Part shown: positions 18,597 through 27,321 of the stretch, piece by piece
How positions within the stretch are numbered: the stretch's first letter is position 1
How the letters are laid out: each line of letters opens with the position of its first letter
From: Dehalococcoidia bacterium
Lineage (GTDB): Bacteria; Chloroflexota; Dehalococcoidia; GIF9; AB-539-J10
Length of the DNA: 64,000 bases
Reading direction: 5' to 3'
NCBI GenBank assembly: GCA_030602785.1
Contig: JAUVZB010000005.1
Span: 6,300 to 70,299, forward strand
Notes under the pieces: generated by a model
Told to the model about the DNA's origin: nothing
Database searches by the model: none
The model's input: only the letters and a program-made list of their open reading frames with translations
Position numbers and translations under genes: made by a program

Positions 18597-19997
18597 ATGG
18601 CAACAAGAGAGTTTGTGGCAAAGCAGGCGGCAAGGCAGATTCTGCCTTTGGTCCGCGGAATGTCTGACAAGGACCTCGAGCGCGTGTTGTGGCTAATAAG
18701 AAAGATGGCGCCTACCGACACGACCAGGGTAATCAGCAATAGTCTGGAGCGGATGCGCAAAGAAGAGCACCCTACCATCGAGTTACTGAGGCGAGCTATT
18801 CGCCAGACCAATCCGCATGTGCGCGAACGACTGGCAAACAGCCTGATAATCAATGAACTAATGGATGGTGGTGTCAGGCGCAGGGAACTCGCCGACGAAG
18901 GGCTTGCAGCCCCGCAGGCCTATCTTATCAGCCCTACTATGCGCTGCAATCTGCACTGCAAGGGCTGTTATGCTGCCAACTACAGCCAGGAGGACGAGCT
19001 TGAACTAGAGGTCATTGACCGGGTTTTGACCGAGGGCAAGGAACTGGGGATGTATTGGGTAACCCTCCTTGGAGGCGAACCATTTATCCGGCAGGACATG
19101 TGGGAGATGTACAAACGTCACAATGATGTCTTCTTCCAGGTCTTCACCAATGGCACTCTCATCGACAAAGACGTGGCCAGGAAACTGGCGGAGGTGGGTA
19201 ATGTGCTGGTTGTCTTCAGTATCGAGGGGTTTGAGGAAGAAACGGATGCTCGCCGGGGTAAGGGCGTTTTCAAGAAGATAATGCAGGGGATGGATAATCT
19301 GCGGCAGGCAGGAGTGGCCTTTGGCTTTTCGGCCATGGCTACCCGCCACAATGTTGACGTTATCATCGGCGACGAGTTCAACGACATGCTGATCGAGAAG
19401 GGGTGCCTTATGGGGTGGCACTTCCTCTATATCGCCGTGGGCCGCAACCCCGATACAAGTCTGATGCCAACAGCAGAACAACGGGAACTGATGAGGCAAC
19501 GAGGGGCACAGCGCATCCGTAATGAGAAGCCGATCCTCGTCGTTGACTTCTGGAACGACGCCCCCTATGTAGGCGGCTGTATTGCTGGTGCTCGCAGCTA
19601 TTTCCACATCAACGCTCGTGGGGAGGTTGAGCCATGCATCTTTGTTCATATGGCAATAGATAACATCAAAGAGAAGAGTCTGAAAGAGGTTCTCAATTCA
19701 CCCTACTTCGCGGGTATTCGAGCCCGTCAACCATATAGCGACAATCTGCTGCGTCCATGCATGATTCTAGACCATCCACATGTCCTCAGAGGGCTGGAGG
19801 AAGAGTTCCATCCATGTTCTACCGATGGTCCGGTTTGTGGGCTTGTCACCTACCTCGCTGGTGACCTGGACAAATACTCCCAGGAGGTAGCCAGAATATT
19901 GGACCCTGTCTGGGAGCAGGAGGATGTTCCGGGGAAGGTGGACAAGGAGAAGTCGTCGGTAACGGAACTCGGTCACGTCCCGTCAAGTGCTATGTAA
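18597..19997 (+). CDS. radical SAM enzyme with an N-terminal helical extension and a twitch/SPASM-like C-terminal Cys segment
   Basis: GGGAGGGG RBS. The CX3CX2C motif is CNLHCKGCY. Also present are LLGGEPF and GGCIAGARSYFHINARGEVEPCIF...RPCMILD. Confidence 0.85.
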   Translation: MATREFVAKQAARQILPLVRGMSDKDLERVLWLIRKMAPTDTTRVISNSLERMRKEEHPTIELLRRAIRQTNPHVRERLANSLIINELMDGGVRRRELADEGLAAPQAYLISPTMRCNLHCKGCYAANYSQEDELELEVIDRVLTEGKELGMYWVTLLGGEPFIRQDMWEMYKRHNDVFFQVFTNGTLIDKDVARKLAEVGNVLVVFSIEGFEEETDARRGKGVFKKIMQGMDNLRQAGVAFGFSAMATRHNVDVIIGDEFNDMLIEKGCLMGWHFLYIAVGRNPDTSLMPTAEQRELMRQRGAQRIRNEKPILVVDFWNDAPYVGGCIAGARSYFHINARGEVEPCIFVHMAIDNIKEKSLKEVLNSPYFAGIRARQPYSDNLLRPCMILDHPHVLRGLEEEFHPCSTDGPVCGLVTYLAGDLDKYSQEVARILDPVWEQEDVPGKVDKEKSSVTELGHVPSSAM

Positions 19998-20188
19998 CGG
20001 CATGCTTATCACCAATGGACAATCTGCATGCTCGGACACGGAGAGCCCCCTTCTGCAAGGGGATCTCCTGGCTGTCAGGTTGCCCACGCGAGGGTTCGCA
20101 GGGTTAGGATTCGCACGTATAAGCAGGAGCAAGCATATGTACGCACGAAACTTGCAAGTCTAACCCTGGCAACCCGACCACATGCACG

Positions 20189-20406
20189 CTATCGAGGCAC
20201 ACCTACCGTGTAGAACAACAGCAGCACGACCACAACGCCGACAACGAACAGGCCGACCATCATCCCTATCTCTCGACCGGATCCACCATCCGGTAGCAAC
20301 AATCCTCTGACCGGTATGAATAGTGGCATGAACATCACTCTTTGCGGGTAGTCCTCATACCCGCCACCGAAATGCTCCATGAGCTTGCCGTCCTCATGGG
20401 CGCCCA
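20189..20406 (-). pseudogene. 3' remnant of an ICMT/PEMT-type membrane methyltransferase gene
   Basis: The translation ...HEDGKLMEHFGGGYEDYPQRVMFMPLFIP fits the C-terminal EE..L...FG..Y..Y...V....P signature of that family. Everything upstream is replaced by repeat copy 3. Confidence 0.45.
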
Positions 20407-20572
20407 GGAGCCTGTCGGAGAAACAGGTCCCCCGGCATTGGCACGGAGGGAGGAGCTCGGCCACGGGGCGCAGTTGAACTGAATGCGAACTCCCTGCCTT
20501 CGTGAAGTGTCGTACCACGCCTGCCCTGCGCTGTGTAGCCTCACCGTAAGTGTGGCTATTCCGACAGTCTCC
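20407..20572. repeat. copy 3 of the ~166-nt TIR-bounded repeat family
   Basis: GGAGCCTGTCGGAGAAACAGG...GCCTTCGTGAAGTG...GTGTAGCCTCACCGTAAGTGTGGCTATTCCGACAGTCTCC. The termini are a 13-nt inverted repeat with 1 mismatch. Confidence 0.85.
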
Positions 20573-21051
20573 TAGGCGCGCCGGGGCAGGTCGAGGACCC
20601 GTGGCACTCCGACCTCGATGAGGAGTTGAATCTCCTTCGCACAGGTCAGGGACTCTGCGTAGTCACCCCCGTAGGGGTCTTCCACATCACCCTTTTCTCC
20701 TCCGAACTCCTTGAGCGTCATTACCTTGTCCGCAGGGAAGTCCGCTCGCATCCACGCCTCGGCGACAAGAATGAGCGTGGCCCACCCCACCTGTTCCTCC
20801 GACCATCTCCGAGCCGAGTGGGCGGCAAGCATGTCACTGCCACAGAGTTCCTGCACCGCCCGGCGCGCAAAGGGATGTGCCTCCCTCGGGAACGGATTCC
20901 AGTCATGGTAGCCCGCCGAGTCAACCGTCACACGATCCGCCAGGCCTTCCCTTTCGAGACGCGATTGGAGCAGCACCATGGCCATAGGAGAGCGACACAG
21001 GTTTCCCCGGCAGATGAACAGGATATTCGCAGGATTGCATTCAGTGGTCAT
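20572..21051 (-). CDS. low-molecular-weight protein tyrosine/arginine phosphatase
   Basis: 159 aa with an AAGGAG RBS. The P-loop is ILFICRGNLCRSPMA (CX5R-S). Confidence 0.85.
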   Translation of the reverse strand: MTTECNPANILFICRGNLCRSPMAMVLLQSRLEREGLADRVTVDSAGYHDWNPFPREAHPFARRAVQELCGSDMLAAHSARRWSEEQVGWATLILVAEAWMRADFPADKVMTLKEFGGEKGDVEDPYGGDYAESLTCAKEIQLLIEVGVPRVLDLPRRA

Positions 21052-21200
21052 TCACAACTCCTTCGCCCGCAACGGCACAACCGGCCGTTGCCAATGCGAG
21101 CGAAACCTCCGATGCCCCGACTTCACTCTTGAGCCATGAATTGATTCCGCTACAATGGCAGCCTACACTACGACCGAGAACCGATACAAGGAGAACAGCT

Positions 21201-22094
21201 ATGAACTTCGTGCCGCATGGCGTTGTGCCTGCCATGGTCACTCCGCTTGACCAGCAGGACCGTCTCAATGAGACCGTTCTTCGAGCTCTCGCGGTGAGAC
21301 TGCTGGCAGCCGGAGTCCACGGCCTCTTCGTATTGGGCAGCCAGGGAGAATACTTCGCGCTCGACTACGACGAGAAGAAACGCGCGATAGAAGTCGTCGT
21401 GGAAGCCGCCGGCGGCAAGGTGCCCGTCTACGCCGGCACCGGCGCAACAACGACAAGCGAAGCGATCCGACTCACCCGAATGGCAGAAGAGGCAGGAGCG
21501 GACGCAGTATCCGTCATCACCCCGATGTTCATCTCACCGACGCAGGACGAGTTGTTCGAGCACTACCGCGACATAGCGGCGTGTACGCGGTTGCCCCTGC
21601 TTCTGTACAGCAACCCCGGACGCACAGGAATACAGATTTCGGTTGAGCTTGCCGCCCGACTGTCACGCATTGACAACATCGTCGGCATTAAGGACAGCAG
21701 CGGCGACTTCTCCCTTACGGCTGCCTACATAGCAAGCGCAGGGCAGGACTTCCACGTACTTGCCGGACGTGACACCCTCATTTTCGCCACGCTGATGTAC
21801 GGTGGTTCGGGCGCTATCGCAGCTACGGGGAACGTCGCGCCACGTCTCGTGGCGAGCATATATGAGCACTACGTGTCCGGCGACCTGAACGCAGCGAGGA
21901 AGGCGCAGGCAGCCCTCGCACCACTCAGGGCAGCGTTCTCTCTCGGGACGTTTCCTGCCGTCATCAAAGAAGCGCTCCAGATGACAGGGCTGGATGTCGG
22001 CCCTGCAAGGAAACCAGTTGGCCCGCTGAGCGAGAAGGCTCGAACGCAGCTACGAGAGGTACTGGCAACTCTGGGGCTTCTCGCAGAGAAGTGA
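21201..22094 (+). CDS. dapA: 4-hydroxy-tetrahydrodipicolinate synthase / DapA-family aldolase
   Basis: The ATG at 21201 lies 7 nt after AAGGAG. Motifs are GVVPAMVTPL, GLFVLGSQGEYFAL and the Schiff-base lysine context IVGIKDSSGD. Confidence 0.8.
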   Translation: MNFVPHGVVPAMVTPLDQQDRLNETVLRALAVRLLAAGVHGLFVLGSQGEYFALDYDEKKRAIEVVVEAAGGKVPVYAGTGATTTSEAIRLTRMAEEAGADAVSVITPMFISPTQDELFEHYRDIAACTRLPLLLYSNPGRTGIQISVELAARLSRIDNIVGIKDSSGDFSLTAAYIASAGQDFHVLAGRDTLIFATLMYGGSGAIAATGNVAPRLVASIYEHYVSGDLNAARKAQAALAPLRAAFSLGTFPAVIKEALQMTGLDVGPARKPVGPLSEKARTQLREVLATLGLLAEK

Positions 22095-22228
22095 CATTCG
22101 AAAGACGTCACCCTGCGTGGCCCGCGCAGGCAACCGCAGAATCATCCCGTTGACGGGATGCCCGGGCCATGGTCTTGCGCGCTGACGCGCCGGCATTATA
22201 GCCCGGGGCCTGGCACAAGCGTGCCACA

Positions 22229-22672
22229 TCAATCGAAATCCAGCAGTGACAGACCGCTACGCTGGTCCGTCCGCCTTCTGACGGAACCGGCTACGATTTC
22301 GCAGAGGACGGCCTCGGCCATAAACCATGTCTTCACACCGTTGCGCAGGCATCCGGTGAGCGTGTTCCCCGCACGGCCGAGCGCTCCATGAACATGAAGC
22401 CGGGGCGTTCCGCCGTCGTCAGGCGCAATGAGTCCAACACCGATGACTTCATGCGGCCCGTCGACCGGGAGCAACAGGGGGTCGGGGGGCATCGCTACGA
22501 AATCTCGAGGGCCCGCGACCACAGAACCGGCCCCGATGCCCCCGATAAGGAGCACGTACCCTGCCATTACGTTCTTCTCCCTGGCAAACTGCTCGATGCA
22601 GTCAGGAATCAGGTCGCCGTCTTCGAGCCGCAGAACGAATACTCTGCCGACTGTTCCCTCGGTAGCCTTCAT
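22229..22672 (-). CDS. PPC/DUF296-domain protein
   Basis: The ATG at 22672 follows GGAGGAGG. The segment GRVFVLRLEDGDLIPDCIEQFAREKNV...GYVLLIGGIG...HVHGALG is typical of DUF296. Confidence 0.65.
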   Translation of the reverse strand: MKATEGTVGRVFVLRLEDGDLIPDCIEQFAREKNVMAGYVLLIGGIGAGSVVAGPRDFVAMPPDPLLLPVDGPHEVIGVGLIAPDDGGTPRLHVHGALGRAGNTLTGCLRNGVKTWFMAEAVLCEIVAGSVRRRTDQRSGLSLLDFD

Positions 22673-22876
22673 CTCGCCTCCTCCAACCGGTGTTTCTCTG
22701 GCGCCCCGTATCCTAGCACACGACGTAGCTCCGACAGCAAAGCTTGAGACCTTCAACTCGCACGCGGACACGGCAGTGTTGACCTATCAATTGGCCCGTG
22801 AGAAGATTTGCCAGCATCAGTCATGCACGGCCGGCGACCGGCTTCCCAGTCAGGAGAAAGGGAGGACCAACATACG

Positions 22877-24982
22877 ATGTCACGTCAACACACGGCCAGC
22901 CCGGAGCCGCTCGAACCCAAGGCAAGGCCGGTGGGAGCACTGATGCTGGCGCTCGCGTTCATCCCGTGGGCAGCCTACTGGGTACTGACAGGTCTGGCAG
23001 GGAGTGCCGGAATCTCCGTCGCGCTCGGTCTTTCCTGCGCACTCCTCGCACAGCAAGTCTGGTCCAGGGCCTACCGCCTCCTGGACCTCACAACATTCGG
23101 GTACTTCCTAACTGCGGCAGCGGCAACATACGCCACGGATTTCACGTTGTTCGTGGATAGTGCGGGCCCCCTGGGCTTCACAGTGCTCTTCCTGATGGCA
23201 GCCATCTCGCTCGCAGTGCGACGGCCGTTCAGCGCCGCTTCGGCAAGGTATGACTATCCGAAGCAGTACTGGCTCAATCAAGATTTCATCTCCGTACACA
23301 ACATCGTCACCACCGTCTGGACGGGGGTCTTTTTCCTGTGTGCCATCGCGCTCTTCTTCACATCCATGTCAGCAGTAGGGCCATTGCCCGTGGCTCTGGT
23401 CACCGCGGGGTTTGTCTTCTCGCTGGTCTTCCAGAGCAAGGGGCCCGCATACTTGATACGACAGCGTTTCAGTCCCTACGAGTGGCATATCCCCGTGTCT
23501 CCCTCCAGCGGCAAGCAACAGAACGAGTACGACGTCGCGGTTGTTGGCGCCGGCATAGGCGGACTGAGCTGCGCCGCGCTGCTCGCCAGGCGCGGTTTCA
23601 AGGTCCTGGTACTGGAGCAGCAGGCACAGGTTGGCGGCTATTGCGGCTCATTGATGCGCGACGATTTCATCTTCAGCACCGGCGTCGCGGGCATCACAGG
23701 CGTCTGGGAGAACGGCTCCGTGCTCCGGCTGCTCAGCCAACTTGGTGTTCCTGCCGAAGGGCGTTTCGCACCCAACCGGACAAGATACGTGTACAAGGGC
23801 AGGGACATAGACCTTCCCGCCGGCATTCCTCATCTTGTGGACTCCCTCGGCGATGTCTTTCCTGAGGAGAAGCAAGGCATAGACGCGTTCTTCCGTGAGG
23901 CCTCCGAGGCATACTACCAGCTTCACGAATACAGCGGCGACTATGGCGCCCCCCTTCCCGACCACCTTGTTGTCCGGCTGCTGGGCGGGAAGGCAGCTGC
24001 CCGCCTGCCGCGCAAGTACGCGGCACTGTACGACTGGATGAACAAGACCTACCGACAGAAACTGGACGAGCACCTGGGCAACGAGAGCCTGAAGGCTGTT
24101 CTCTCGGCAGTGCCAGGCCAGAACGGCACATCTGCGGAGACCACTCCGGGCCTCAGGGCCCTGCTCTCGTGCATCGGACCGTATCTCGAGGGCAGCTACT
24201 TCCCGGTTGGCGGACCACGCGCGTTTGCCGCGATGCTGGCCGAAGTCATTCAACAGAACGGCGGCACGATTCTGACCAACTACAAGGCGGACAGGATACT
24301 CACCGACAGGCGTCGTGTCCGCGGCGTGCGCTGCGGCGAGGAGCTATTCCAGGCGCGCGTGGTCGTCGCGAATGTCAACGCGCGTACGTGCGTGCTTCAG
24401 CTTGTTGAGGCGAGTGAGATTGGCGGTCCGTACATCGACTTCGTCAAAGGCCTCAAGATGTCCCGATCGGCATTCGTCGTCTACGCAGGGGTCGACAAGA
24501 ATCTCTCGTCATACCCGGCGTTCATCCAGCACGTTGACGGGGACTACAGCATGTTCATCAACTCCAATGCCGACCGCCGCCTCGCTCCTGCGGGACGCTC
24601 CGCCGTCACATTGGTGGCCCCTATCGGCTATCACGACTTCCCGTCCAGGGACGAGAGAGACTACGACGACCGGAAACGCCAGCTTGCGGCGCTTCTCGTT
24701 CGCAAGGCGGAGGAGATTATCCCCGAACTCGCCAGCAGCATAGCGGTACTCGATGCCGCAACTCCGCGAACACTTGAGAGCTACACCTCCATGCCCGAGG
24801 GCGCCCTTTATGGCTTCGACCAGTCGGCAGGCAGCCGGAGGCCGCATTTCCGCGCGCCCATCAAGGGCCTCTACTTCGCAGGCGCTTCTGCATTCCCCGG
24901 CGCAGGCATAGAGTCAGTCGTCATGTCAGGCATCATCTGCGCCAACGACATCGGAGGATGGACTCAAAGGCAGGGTAGTTAG
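22877..24982 (+). CDS. fusion of a ~230-aa polytopic membrane domain and a CrtI/phytoene-desaturase-like FAD oxidoreductase
   Basis: The ATG at 22877 follows AAGGGAGGA. About 6 TM helices come first, then the Rossmann motif YDVAVVGAGIGGLSCAALLARRGFKVLVLEQQAQVGGY and a C-terminal FAGASAFPGAGI. Confidence 0.75.
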   Translation: MSRQHTASPEPLEPKARPVGALMLALAFIPWAAYWVLTGLAGSAGISVALGLSCALLAQQVWSRAYRLLDLTTFGYFLTAAAATYATDFTLFVDSAGPLGFTVLFLMAAISLAVRRPFSAASARYDYPKQYWLNQDFISVHNIVTTVWTGVFFLCAIALFFTSMSAVGPLPVALVTAGFVFSLVFQSKGPAYLIRQRFSPYEWHIPVSPSSGKQQNEYDVAVVGAGIGGLSCAALLARRGFKVLVLEQQAQVGGYCGSLMRDDFIFSTGVAGITGVWENGSVLRLLSQLGVPAEGRFAPNRTRYVYKGRDIDLPAGIPHLVDSLGDVFPEEKQGIDAFFREASEAYYQLHEYSGDYGAPLPDHLVVRLLGGKAAARLPRKYAALYDWMNKTYRQKLDEHLGNESLKAVLSAVPGQNGTSAETTPGLRALLSCIGPYLEGSYFPVGGPRAFAAMLAEVIQQNGGTILTNYKADRILTDRRRVRGVRCGEELFQARVVVANVNARTCVLQLVEASEIGGPYIDFVKGLKMSRSAFVVYAGVDKNLSSYPAFIQHVDGDYSMFINSNADRRLAPAGRSAVTLVAPIGYHDFPSRDERDYDDRKRQLAALLVRKAEEIIPELASSIAVLDAATPRTLESYTSMPEGALYGFDQSAGSRRPHFRAPIKGLYFAGASAFPGAGIESVVMSGIICANDIGGWTQRQGS

Positions 24983-25011
24983 GCAACAACACGAACCCGG
25001 CAGAGTCCAAC

Positions 25012-25872
25012 ATGGAGAATCCGCTTTCGCTGCCGTCTCTAGTGGCGTTCATAAGAGCGGTGACGCAAGACAGCCCCGAAAACAGGCTGCAGCACTTCGC
25101 CGACAGTCCGATATTCGACGAGCCCCTCGTTGCCGTCGCTGATGGCGATGACCCTCTGTTTGAGGAGTACAGGCAGGTGATAGGCTCACACCACTTGACG
25201 CCCCGCGAGATGCTCCGCCTGTCACAACAGACGGACCGGCGGTCCATTGATGCCGACCTTGCCCACGTACGTGTCATTTGCTGGGTTCTACCCATAACCG
25301 AAGCGACACGCCGAAGCAATGCCGTCATGACTTCCGAGCCTTCCATGCGCTGGGCTCACACTCAGTACTACGGAGAACAGTTCAACAACGAGCTGCGCCA
25401 CGCAGTGGAGCAGTGCGCCCGGAAGCACGGCGCCGTGGCAATCGCTCCGGTGCTCTCCCCGCTCTTTCGGTCAGTCCACGTGACACCCGATGGGCCGTCT
25501 TCCACGTGGTCGGAACGCCACGCGCTCTTCGCTGCAGGTCTGGGCACCTTCGGACTCTGTGATGGCTTCCTGACAGCCGCAGGCAAGGCGATGAGGTGCG
25601 GGAGCGTCGTAGTCAACGTTCCACTCCCTGTCACAGCAAGATCCTACAGTTCGCACCGCGAAGCGTGCGTGTACTTCACTCAGGGCACCTGCGGCGATTG
25701 CCAGAGCCGCTGTCCGGCGGGAGCGATAGGACCGAACGGCCACGACAAGGTCAAGTGCGACAGGTACCAGGAAGAGAATCTGCGACCCTTGAGAGAGCGC
25801 TACGGCGTGGCAATCACCGGATGCGGTTTATGTCAAACTGCGGTTCCGTGCGAATCCTGCCTGCCGACCTGA
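25012..25872 (+). CDS. 4Fe-4S protein related to epoxyqueuosine reductase / reductive-dehalogenase-like enzymes
   Basis: 286 aa. The Cys clusters are CGDCQSRCPAGA and CGLCQTAVPCESC. The N-terminal region resembles the QueG DUF1730 region. Confidence 0.55.
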   Translation: MENPLSLPSLVAFIRAVTQDSPENRLQHFADSPIFDEPLVAVADGDDPLFEEYRQVIGSHHLTPREMLRLSQQTDRRSIDADLAHVRVICWVLPITEATRRSNAVMTSEPSMRWAHTQYYGEQFNNELRHAVEQCARKHGAVAIAPVLSPLFRSVHVTPDGPSSTWSERHALFAAGLGTFGLCDGFLTAAGKAMRCGSVVVNVPLPVTARSYSSHREACVYFTQGTCGDCQSRCPAGAIGPNGHDKVKCDRYQEENLRPLRERYGVAITGCGLCQTAVPCESCLPT

Positions 25873-25938
25873 CGTCGGCCTGCGTCACGCATCCCTACCC
25901 CAGCCCGGCCCACACTTGAGCCGCCACACGATGGTTGG

Positions 25939-27321
25939 CTACCAGTACAACTCCACGTGTTCGACTACGCCAATCGAGTCCCAGCGACAAGGACCCAGGA
26001 GCTCCTGCTGCATCTCGAGGTCTACCCGCCGAGTCTGCAGGACACCATACAGCCGTTGAGCCTTGCGCGCTTCCGCACTCCCGGCAATGAGAGTACGGCC
26101 CTCAACCAGCGCGTTGTACTCGTCCGCCAGCGCGTTGAACTCCTCCAAGTCAGCGAGATACTCCGCCCATCCCTTCGAGTACTCCACGTAGAAGGAATAG
26201 GCCAACGACTCCGCCCGGTCAAGGGAGATGAGGCCATACTCCTGTCCAACCTGCACGTAGGCGGTCTTGTCGTAGTCACACGTGCCCTCACCCTCCCCGA
26301 CTACAGCGACAAATGAGGTGTCCTCACCGGTGCAATCTACGAATGCTATGCCCTTGTCCGTCGTCAGGAAGGCGTTCAGTGCATGCCCTATCTCTTGTCC
26401 AGCGATATCTATCGACACCCACGCGCAGCGGATGCCGGCCGCCTCGGCGTTGTTGTGCAGCGCCTCCGCAAAGCTGCCGCACATGCGGAGGTCCTGGATG
26501 TACGGGCTCTCATCGGTATCGTCGTGAGTCACGAAATCCGCGAGCTGCTTCCACGAGGCATCCGCTGCCAATTCGTTGTTCACAAGCTCGATGGCAACTC
26601 CGGTGGGACCCTGGACGTACGGAGGCTGCTCTCCGTAGAACACCTCCACTCCTTCTCCCAGCAGGCTCCGCATCGCGCGCGCTTCGGGCGTCTGCTCGAC
26701 CCTCAGCGTGACACCGACCAGCTGTGGGGAGTTGCGAGCCTCGCCTGCCGTGACGGTGCAGACTCCAACGTGCTCGCCGACAGTAAGCCCCGTGATATCG
26801 GCCTTGAGCGTCACGACCTGTAGTTCCTCGTCCAGGCATCCCTCAGCAGGCTCAGCAGTCAGCCACGGGACATCAGTCGTCACTGCCCAATTCAACTGTC
26901 CTTTGTCATCGTTCAGGATGGCAAACGCCTGAGGCAATACACCCGTACCGGAGTCGTCGACAAACGTGACGCGAGTCGGCGACACCGAGAGCGCCGGCCC
27001 ACGGGGCCAGGTAAGTGGAGACACCGTCATCATCAGCACGGCAGCAATCGTCGCAAGCATGACCAGGCCAACGAGGATGCGCCGCCCGACGCGCCTCTTC
27101 TCAGGCCTCCACTCTTCCCCGTCATCAGTCCAGGGCGGCTCAGTGTCAGAAACACCCTGCCGACGCGGCGGTCCAAATCCTCCTCCGGTGGCTTCATGAC
27201 CAACCGATTCCCGCCGCAGAACAGTGCCGCACTCGGCGTCCGGGCACCAGAAGAGCCCCATCCCAACATCGTAGCGAAGCTCCTTGCCGCAACGCGGACA
27301 CCTGAAAGCCTGCTCAGGCAT
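25939..27321 (-). CDS. membrane-anchored protein: Zn-ribbon, TM helix, BACON-like domain and a transglutaminase-like Cys-His-Asp core
   Basis: GGAG RBS. The Zn-ribbon is CPRCGKEL...CPDAECG. The TM helix is ILVGLVMLATIAAVLMM. The BACON-like segment is LSVSPTRVTF...NWAVTTDVPWLTAEPAEG. The core is MCGSFAEALHNNAEAAGIRCAWV...GHALNAF...AFVDCT. Confidence 0.6.
   Translation of the reverse strand: MPEQAFRCPRCGKELRYDVGMGLFWCPDAECGTVLRRESVGHEATGGGFGPPRRQGVSDTEPPWTDDGEEWRPEKRRVGRRILVGLVMLATIAAVLMMTVSPLTWPRGPALSVSPTRVTFVDDSGTGVLPQAFAILNDDKGQLNWAVTTDVPWLTAEPAEGCLDEELQVVTLKADITGLTVGEHVGVCTVTAGEARNSPQLVGVTLRVEQTPEARAMRSLLGEGVEVFYGEQPPYVQGPTGVAIELVNNELAADASWKQLADFVTHDDTDESPYIQDLRMCGSFAEALHNNAEAAGIRCAWVSIDIAGQEIGHALNAFLTTDKGIAFVDCTGEDTSFVAVVGEGEGTCDYDKTAYVQVGQEYGLISLDRAESLAYSFYVEYSKGWAEYLADLEEFNALADEYNALVEGRTLIAGSAEARKAQRLYGVLQTRRVDLEMQQELLGPCRWDSIGVVEHVELYW

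Larger units (their letters stand above)
16336..20188. other. compositionally distinct (lower-GC) segment, a probable horizontally acquired cassette
   Basis: Hand counts give 48%, 53% and 50% GC for lines 17461, 17641 and 19681. The flanking lines 15001 and 21301 give 57% and 63%. The segment is bracketed by repeat copies 2 and 3. Confidence 0.6.
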
